Below the pieces are notes generated by a model, which was given only the letters and a program-made list of their open reading frames with translations, was not told where the DNA came from and made no database searches. A program made the position numbers and the translations under genes. 64,000 nt of DNA from Agriterribacter sp. (GTDB lineage Bacteria; Bacteroidota; Bacteroidia; Chitinophagales; Chitinophagaceae), in assembly GCA_047601545.1 (NCBI GenBank), contig JASGIZ010000002.1, positions 1,838,656 through 1,902,655 on the forward strand, in the 5' to 3' direction. Below, piece by piece: positions 57,222 to 64,000 of the stretch. Every line of letters begins with the position of its first letter. The first letter of the stretch is position 1.

Positions 57222-60200
57222 ATGAATAGCGAAAAACAAAGCAAAGGCTTGTGGTATAAACGTTTCTTTACCCGGGAAGGAGTAGACGTATTTGACCAGT
57301 TTGAGTATGACTACCGCACTTCGGTAATTCGTAACCCCAATGGTGAGGTGGTGTTTGAAATGAAGAATGTGGAAGTGCCTAAGCAATGGAGCCAGATAGC
57401 TACAGATATTCTTGCGCAAAAATATTTTCGCAAAGCCGGTGTGCCACAGCCCGATGGTTCGTCAGGGCGTGAAACTTCGGCAAAGCAGGTTGCCCACCGC
57501 ATGGCCAACTGCTGGAAGGTTTGGGGTGAGCGCTACGGTTATTTTGCTTCCCCGGCAGACGCTCAAATATTTTACGAAGAATTGGTATACTGTATACTAA
57601 ACCAGGCTTGTGTTCCCAACAGCCCGCAATGGTTTAATACAGGTTTGCATGAAAGCTATGGTATAAAAGGTAAGCCGCAGGGGCATTATTACGTGGATGC
57701 TGTGGATGGTAAGCTGAAAAAATCTACTTCTGCCTATGAGCGTCCCCAGCCTCACGCATGTTTTATACTGAGTGTGGAAGATGACCTGGTAAATGATGGC
57801 GGTATAATGGATCTGTGGGTTCGCGAAGCACGTATTTTCAAATATGGCAGCGGGGTTGGTACTAACTATTCTAATATTCGTGGCGAAGGGGAAAAGTTAA
57901 GCGGTGGCGGAACATCCTCCGGACTAATGAGCTTTTTAAAAATAGGCGACAGGGCAGCCGGCGCCATAAAAAGCGGCGGCACAACAAGGCGGGCGGCTAA
58001 AATGGTTTGCCTTGATCTTGACCATCCTGAAGTGATGGATTTTATTAACTGGAAGGTAGAGGAGGAAAATAAGGTAGCAGCTTTGATTGCTGCCGGCTAT
58101 GCATCTGATTACGAGGGAGAAGCATATAAAACAGTCAGCGGCCAAAACTCAAATAATTCTATACGGATACCAAACGATTTTTTTGAAAAACTACAGAATA
58201 ACGAGGATTGGGAACTGAAGGCACGTACTGATGGCAGGATTATGAAAAAAATGCCTGCCAAAGAAGTGTGGAACCAGATTGCATATGCAGCCTGGCGTTG
58301 TGCAGACCCGGGTACCCAATACGATACCACCATAAATGAATGGCATACCAGCCCCAAAGGTGGACGTATCCGGGCCTCCAACCCCTGCAGTGAATACATG
58401 TTTTTGGATAATACCGCATGTAATCTCGCTTCCGTTAACCTTCGTAAGTTTTTTAATGAAGCAACCAACCAGTTTGATGTAGTAGGTTTTGAATACACCG
58501 TTCGTTTATGGACAACTGTGCTGGAAATATCTGTGCTGATGGCGCAGTTCCCTTCAAAAGAGGTAGCGCAATTGTCATATGATTACCGTACGCTGGGACT
58601 TGGTTACGCAAACCTCGGATCAATGCTGATGGTAAGCGGTATACCTTATGATAGTGAAGAAGCCCGCGGTATTGCCGGTGCTGTTACCGCTATCATGACG
58701 GGAATAGCTTACAAAACTTCTGCTGAAATAGCTGCTCACCTCGGTGCTTTTGCAAAATATGAAGAGAATAAGGAAGACATGATGCGGGTGATGCGTAACC
58801 ATCGCCTTGCCGCATATGATGCAGATGAGTATGAACAACTCAGCATTAAACCACAGGGAATACATGCAAAATATTGTCCTGATTATTTACTGAAAGCCGC
58901 ATGCAAAGCCTGGGATGATGCGGTTGAGCTTGGTGAAAAATATGGTTACCGCAATGCGCAAACAACGGTTATCGCGCCAACAGGAACTATCGGGCTGGTA
59001 ATGGATTGCGATACTACCGGAGTTGAACCGGATTTCGCGCTGGTGAAGTTCAAAAAACTCAGCGGTGGCGGTTATTTTAAGATCATCAACCAGTCTGTGC
59101 CGCAGGCGCTTAAAAATCTTGGGTATAGTGAAAAGGAAAAAGACGCTATTATTAAATATGCGGTAGGCGCTGCAGGTTTTGCAGGTGCGCCGTTCATCAA
59201 TCCCCAGTCTTTAAGTGAAAAAGGATTTATAGCGGAAGAAATTAAAAAGCTGGATGCGGCGCTCGCTTCAGCATTTGAAATAGGGTTTGTGTTTAACAAG
59301 TTTACTTTAGGTGAACCCTGTCTTGAAAGACTTGGCTTTACGCCCGAAGAATATAACGACTGGAATTTTAACCTGCTGGAAGCGCTTGGTTTTACCGCTG
59401 CAGAAATTGAAGCGGCAAACGATTATATCTGCGGCACCATGACGATTGAAGGTGCTCCATATTTAAAGAAAGAGCATTACGCGGTTTTTGACTGCGCTAA
59501 TAAATGTGGCAAAAAAGGTGAAAGATATATTCATGCACATGGGCATATCCGCATGATGGGCGCGGCGCAACCGTTTATCAGTGGCGCTATTTCCAAAACC
59601 ATCAACCTGCCAAACGAAGCAACTGTTGAAGAAATAGCAGACAGCTATATGCTTAGCTGGAAGCTTGGATTAAAAGCCTGTGCCTTATACCGCGATGGTT
59701 CTAAACTGAGCCAGCCGCTCAGCAATAAAAGCGACAGCAAAAAATCAAAAGAAAAAGCTGAAGCAAAAGAGGAAACAGCTACGCAGGAAAGCCCGTTGAT
59801 TGATATGGGTAAGCTTACGGTGGAAGAATTGCTGGATGAATTGCATAAGCGCATGCAGGCATCTACAGATACCAAGCTGAAGCGCCAGCTTTCAAGAATC
59901 GTGGAAAGAAAAACCCTGCCGCTTAAACGCCGCGGGTTTACACAAAAAGCAAAGATAAACGGGCAGGCGCTGTTTTTACGCACCGGTGAATATGGCGATG
60001 GCACATTAGGCGAAATATTTATTGACCTGGCAAAAGAAGGATCAACGCTCAGAAGCCTGATGAATTGTTTTGCCATATCTGTTTCGGTGGGTTTGCAGTA
60101 TGGTGTGCCGTTGGAGGAGTTTGTAGAGAAATTTGTATTCACAAAATTTGAGCCTTCCGGCATGGTAGATCATCCGAATATCAAGTCTACCACATCCATT

Positions 60201-60542
60201 GTTGACTTTGTATTCCGTTGCCTTGCATATGAATACCTGGGCAGAACAGACCTGGTGCATGTTTTAGATAAACCGGAGATAGGAAACCTGGGCACTGATG
60301 ATTGGGATGATGTGCCAACCGGATTGGAATATGCGCCAAAGCCCGAACTAAGTGATGTAAGAGTAGTTGGCGCTGTGCCGCAGCCCGGTAAAGCACTGCG
60401 TGCTTCTGCAAACGCGGTAAGTGAACATTTGAAAAGCATGCAAAGCGATGCACCTGCCTGTAATACCTGTGGGCATATTACCGTAAGAAGCGGAACCTGT
60501 TATAAATGCCTGAACTGCGGTAACAGCATGGGTTGCAGTTAG
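57222..60542 (+). CDS. nrdJ: Vitamin B12-dependent (class II) ribonucleotide reductase
   Basis: PNSPQWFN, PHACFI, SNPCSEY, ACNL, TVIAPTGTI, ISKTINLP, LYRDGSK; C-terminal TSCPD-like and Zn-ribbon region. Confidence 0.95.
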   Translation: MNSEKQSKGLWYKRFFTREGVDVFDQFEYDYRTSVIRNPNGEVVFEMKNVEVPKQWSQIATDILAQKYFRKAGVPQPDGSSGRETSAKQVAHRMANCWKVWGERYGYFASPADAQIFYEELVYCILNQACVPNSPQWFNTGLHESYGIKGKPQGHYYVDAVDGKLKKSTSAYERPQPHACFILSVEDDLVNDGGIMDLWVREARIFKYGSGVGTNYSNIRGEGEKLSGGGTSSGLMSFLKIGDRAAGAIKSGGTTRRAAKMVCLDLDHPEVMDFINWKVEEENKVAALIAAGYASDYEGEAYKTVSGQNSNNSIRIPNDFFEKLQNNEDWELKARTDGRIMKKMPAKEVWNQIAYAAWRCADPGTQYDTTINEWHTSPKGGRIRASNPCSEYMFLDNTACNLASVNLRKFFNEATNQFDVVGFEYTVRLWTTVLEISVLMAQFPSKEVAQLSYDYRTLGLGYANLGSMLMVSGIPYDSEEARGIAGAVTAIMTGIAYKTSAEIAAHLGAFAKYEENKEDMMRVMRNHRLAAYDADEYEQLSIKPQGIHAKYCPDYLLKAACKAWDDAVELGEKYGYRNAQTTVIAPTGTIGLVMDCDTTGVEPDFALVKFKKLSGGGYFKIINQSVPQALKNLGYSEKEKDAIIKYAVGAAGFAGAPFINPQSLSEKGFIAEEIKKLDAALASAFEIGFVFNKFTLGEPCLERLGFTPEEYNDWNFNLLEALGFTAAEIEAANDYICGTMTIEGAPYLKKEHYAVFDCANKCGKKGERYIHAHGHIRMMGAAQPFISGAISKTINLPNEATVEEIADSYMLSWKLGLKACALYRDGSKLSQPLSNKSDSKKSKEKAEAKEETATQESPLIDMGKLTVEELLDELHKRMQASTDTKLKRQLSRIVERKTLPLKRRGFTQKAKINGQALFLRTGEYGDGTLGEIFIDLAKEGSTLRSLMNCFAISVSVGLQYGVPLEEFVEKFVFTKFEPSGMVDHPNIKSTTSIVDFVFRCLAYEYLGRTDLVHVLDKPEIGNLGTDDWDDVPTGLEYAPKPELSDVRVVGAVPQPGKALRASANAVSEHLKSMQSDAPACNTCGHITVRSGTCYKCLNCGNSMGCS

Positions 60543-60642
60543 GCTCCAACATATTTTTTATTTAGGACGGTTAGGAATTATAAACCTACATAATCCGTCC
60601 CGATTCTTCGGGATGGATTTTTTTTGTTTGATGAGGTGACGG

Positions 60643-60845
60643 ATCTTTACTGCATTGGCAGAGCTCTTTACACGTCAGATTGCTGAAGCCGAAAAAGCAA
60701 AAGGTATTCAGCAGAATACTGTTGCAGGAAAGAAGGGTGGGAAGATAGCTAAAGATGCAAGGCTCGCATTGGAGCAGAAAACAGGAAGGGAAGTTGTCAC
60801 CTCCGAAAACTTTTTACCGCCCGCACCCAAAAATAAAAACTGGAA
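60643..60845 (+). pseudogene. C-terminal fragment of a BRO/antirepressor-like protein
   Basis: IFTALAELFTRQIAE...GKKGGKIAKDARLALEQKTGREVVTSENFLP, with no N-terminus; family assignment from memory. Confidence 0.55.
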
Positions 60846-61115
60846 AAAGATAAAAATAAATAACCCTCTAATTCTACCTTTCCGTGCAAGTTTAATAGTA
60901 TGCCTGGTCTTTGTATAAGAAGCATATTATCTTGTAATCAGTAAACCTGCTGCCTTATTATTCATTCCGAATTTTCACACCATAGCTTCCCTCATCATGG
61001 AGTGGTGAGGATAAACCAATATGAAACGAAATTTGGGATGCACCTGTCATTGTTGATAAATCGCGGAAAGTTTTATAATTTAGGCGTATTCACATTTTCA
61101 TCTGACATCTGCTGA

Positions 61116-61217
61116 AAATCCTGCCAATCATTTTTTCCGGATGTGCAGCCGGGTGTATATTTCGTACGTCTTCAAAACGAAGGGCAGGTAGTTACGAAAA
61201 AGTTTGTGGTTGAGTAG
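61116..61217 (+). pseudogene. Isolated T9SS C-terminal sorting domain remnant
   Basis: PDVQPGVYFVRLQNEGQVVTKKFVVE*; in-frame stop at 61113 just upstream. Confidence 0.55.
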
Positions 61218-61512
61218 GTTGTGAACATTGAAATTCTTAAATGAGGTAAGTTTTGAGTGAAATAAAATGATAATTAACAAGTTGACAGACTAACTTTCCA
61301 ATAATTCACTAATACTTTTCTCGCAAAGTTCGTTACGGAGCAGCGTAGCAACGTTTTTCTGTAGCGGACTTTGCTCCGTTGCGTGAAATATACTGTTTAA
61401 AGCAGGTTACAACACCCAAAACTCCGGGTAAATAAAAATGATAGCAATACGCGTTAATTTGCAGTGTAAATTGTAACACTTCTTTTTAATTTACCAGAAG
61501 CCGCTATAAAAC

Positions 61513-62343
61513 ATGCTGAGTATTATTACTGCCGTTCATAACCAGTTAGCCATGAACAAAATTTTTCTGCAAACTTTAAAAGAATATACGCACAACACGT
61601 TTGAGCTGATTATAATTGATAATAACTCTACTGATGGCAGCAGGGAGTTTTTTGAAGAGAACGGAGCTGTTGTTATAGCAAACGAAGGCAACTATAGTTA
61701 TCCTTATTGCCAGAACCAGGGTATAAAAAAAGCAAACTATAATACTCTTTTGTTTTTTAATAATGATATTATCGTTTCGCCGGATTGGGATATTCATTTA
61801 CTCGAAGTTCTTGGGAAAGATAATTATGATATAGTGAGTTTTGCATCGCCCGATAGATGTGATAATTTGAGAGAAACAAAAAAACAGGGCAGAACATGGA
61901 ACCGCATAAAATATCCTGTACTCCGGCTATTGGGCAGCTCTGAAACTGCATTATGGCTGATGTTTAAATTAAGATACAGGAACTGGAAATCTTTTTGCAA
62001 AAAAATGTTCGAAAAATATGCCTGCAAAATGAGTGCAGGATTTTCCGGTTCCGTAATTGCCATGAACAGAACCGGGCTTGAAAAAGTTGGATACTGGGAT
62101 GAAAGAATGCAGGATGCCGATTTTGACTTGTATATGCGCAGCAGGAAAAGAAATGAGGAGTTTGGCGACCTGAAACCGCTGAGCATTATTTCCGGAGTAT
62201 ATATGCATCATTTTGGAAGGCTTACGTTGAAATCCCGTAAAAAACCGGTGACGTTCTCCGACGCTAAAAATTTAATACCATTTGAACAAAAATGGAAAAT
62301 AACTATGCGTTATGTTGCGCAGCATTTTATTAAACAGGTATAA
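61513..62343 (+). CDS. Glycosyltransferase family 2
   Basis: IIIDNNSTDGS, FFNNDIIV, WDERMQDADFD. Confidence 0.9.
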   Translation: MLSIITAVHNQLAMNKIFLQTLKEYTHNTFELIIIDNNSTDGSREFFEENGAVVIANEGNYSYPYCQNQGIKKANYNTLLFFNNDIIVSPDWDIHLLEVLGKDNYDIVSFASPDRCDNLRETKKQGRTWNRIKYPVLRLLGSSETALWLMFKLRYRNWKSFCKKMFEKYACKMSAGFSGSVIAMNRTGLEKVGYWDERMQDADFDLYMRSRKRNEEFGDLKPLSIISGVYMHHFGRLTLKSRKKPVTFSDAKNLIPFEQKWKITMRYVAQHFIKQV

Positions 62344-62368
62344 TGTATAGTATCGCTTACAATACCGA

Positions 62369-63316
62369 TTATTTTTTAAGCAGGTTGTAATTTTTGAAAG
62401 TAAATATTTGCTCTCCCCCTAATATATTTTCTTCAATAAAAGTAAGGGCCTTGTTTTTCCATTTTTCATGTTTATGAATTACCCTGTTCTTATTATACTT
62501 TGCGTTATCAAGGTTTTCCTGCCAGTTAAACCTGGCAATCATTGATTGCATTACAGCAGGATGTGTTCCCTTAAAAAAAGCCAGCGCATCCAAGTTTCCA
62601 TAATCAAATTCGGGAACTTTATATTTCATGAACAAATGTGCATTTTCTTTCCCTTTATAATCAGAAACAAAAGATGAATATTTTTTTTGCATCAGGGACG
62701 GCGGACGCACCCAGCCGTAATGAAAAACAGGCGCGCCAACATTAGCAACATTTAGCTTGAACGTATTTTCTTTCTGGTCGTAATCCTTATTGTTAAAGTC
62801 GGGTATCGTTCTGAAAGATTGTGCATCTTTCCAGGAATGAATGTCCGGATTGTTACGGATAATCCTGATTTCTTTTGCATACCAGGCATGAGATTTTATA
62901 TAATGTTTGTAATCTCCCCAAAAATGCAGGTAATCAAATATCAACCCATCCACATCTGTATCATTTAGTAAAGATTCGCAACGTTCTTTAATTATCGGCA
63001 GCGAATCCTCATGTATCACTTCGTCGCTTTGAAGATAAAAAAGCCAATCACCACTGCACGCATTTTTAGCAATATCTGTTTGGTGTGCATATTCAGTTCC
63101 GTTGGGATATTCTTTTGTATTCCATTTGGTATGAATTATTTTTATCTTCTCCGACCCGATACTCTCAATTTCCTGCAGTGTAAAATCATCTTCATCACAA
63201 TTGCCCAGGGCTATTACAAACTCATCTACCAAAGGCAGAATAGATTGAACAGATGCTTTAACCGGGTAATAAAGCCTGGTGGCGTTTCTCACCATGCTAA
63301 AGCCACTTATCTTCAT
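62369..63316 (-). CDS. Glycosyltransferase family 2
   Basis: ISGFSMVRNA, FYLQSDEVIHE, VFHYGWVRPP. Confidence 0.88.
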   Translation of the reverse strand: MKISGFSMVRNATRLYYPVKASVQSILPLVDEFVIALGNCDEDDFTLQEIESIGSEKIKIIHTKWNTKEYPNGTEYAHQTDIAKNACSGDWLFYLQSDEVIHEDSLPIIKERCESLLNDTDVDGLIFDYLHFWGDYKHYIKSHAWYAKEIRIIRNNPDIHSWKDAQSFRTIPDFNNKDYDQKENTFKLNVANVGAPVFHYGWVRPPSLMQKKYSSFVSDYKGKENAHLFMKYKVPEFDYGNLDALAFFKGTHPAVMQSMIARFNWQENLDNAKYNKNRVIHKHEKWKNKALTFIEENILGGEQIFTFKNYNLLKK

Positions 63317-63450
63317 TCCGGGATAAATTAATTATTAATAACCCGCAAAATAAGTATTTTAAGTGTAAGGTTGATAACCCCGGGCATAGCCGCTATTAAA
63401 TTAAAGTATCGTACTTAGAAGCTGTGGGTGCATTTAAAATTAGTTTTTTT

Positions 63451-63621
63451 AAATAACCATTAATATATTTCCTGCCACGAATTCCGGTATTCACAGCGGC
63501 GGAACAGGATTTGATACACAAAGAGCCACAAAGCATACACAAAGTTACACAGCTCGGTTTATTATTCTTTGTGGCTCTTTGTGTATTCTTTGTGTACCTC
63601 TGTGAAATAACCAAGTTGTTA
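63451..63621. repeat. 171-bp dispersed repeat copy 2
   Basis: Same orientation as 14374-14544, ungapped alignment. Confidence 0.9.
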
Positions 63622-63802
63622 TGCCAGTGTTAAGTTAATCGTGAAATGTCAGACGATAAACGTGAGAATCTCACGTCTTACGTTTCACTTCTCACGAACA
63701 TCTGCAACATAATAGTCTTAACATAACACTATAATTATATTCGTGGTTAGAAGTGTACGCAATCACTATATCAAAAATCCGCGCAATCGTTTTTAAACAA
63801 GC

Positions 63803-64000
63803 TTAAAACTGCAACGGTATATTCACTTTAAAGCTGAAATTTCTGCCCATATTAAATACGCCCATTCTGCCGGTTGCATTATTTACAGCAGTATACTTTA
63901 ACCTGCTCAAATGATTTTGATAAGCTACATCGGTAAGATTATTTCCTGCAAGAATTACTGTAAAAAGTGTTTTGCTCTTACCAACAATATCAGCGCTTAT
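63803..64000 (-). CDS. C-terminal end of a TonB-dependent receptor (partial)
   Basis: Hand translation ...GNNLTDVAYQNHLSRLKY...NMGRNFSFKVNIPLQF*. Confidence 0.8.
   Translation of the reverse strand: MSADIVGKSKTLFTVILAGNNLTDVAYQNHLSRLKYTAVNNATGRMGVFNMGRNFSFKVNIPLQF

Noticed and set aside
57222-60542. Intein or intron in NrdJ
   Set aside because: ORF is continuous with RNR motifs in order; no intein termini or LAGLIDADG motif seen.
14374-63621. 171-bp direct repeats as ends of one 49-kb mobile element or prophage att sites
   Set aside because: The enclosed region is core genes (pyrH, gdhA, arg, nrdJ, HU); no integrase or transposase; copies are about 8% diverged.

Overview
A 64-kb chromosomal window from a Bacteroidota genome, most likely Chitinophagaceae (T9SS cargo, SusC/SusD, TAnnTTTG promoters, bTHX). 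It is mostly core and metabolic genes: an Omp85-like surface protein, a creD envelope operon, an SF1 helicase, HU, bTHX, pdxH, an SNF2 helicase, a fluoride riboswitch with CLC-F, pyrH, gdhA, an arginine biosynthesis cluster (GNAT-argG-cupin-argC-argD-argF'-argB-argE, with argH 14 kb away), an ECF-sigma/FecR/SusC/SusD peptidase locus, a GGGP synthase, class II RNR and two GT2 genes. No rRNA, tRNA, CRISPR array, intact transposase or prophage was seen. The strongest leads are: (1) an unannotated 42-aa leader ORF ending F-R-V-R-R-stop upstream of the arg operon, with its last Arg codons in a hairpin loop (candidate arginine-sensing leader peptide); (2) a family of palindromic REP-like units in inverted doublets, one pair bracketing a DUF559 endonuclease fused in frame to ArgB, with one unit translated inside ArgB; (3) many hairpins built from 7-10-nt tandem units, one translated inside ArgF', plus a GxxExxY gene with such flanks; (4) a candidate antisense sRNA at the susC 5' end; (5) a head-to-head junction of two 5'-truncated genes; (6) a 171-bp dispersed composite repeat. 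All calls were made by eye, without database searches.
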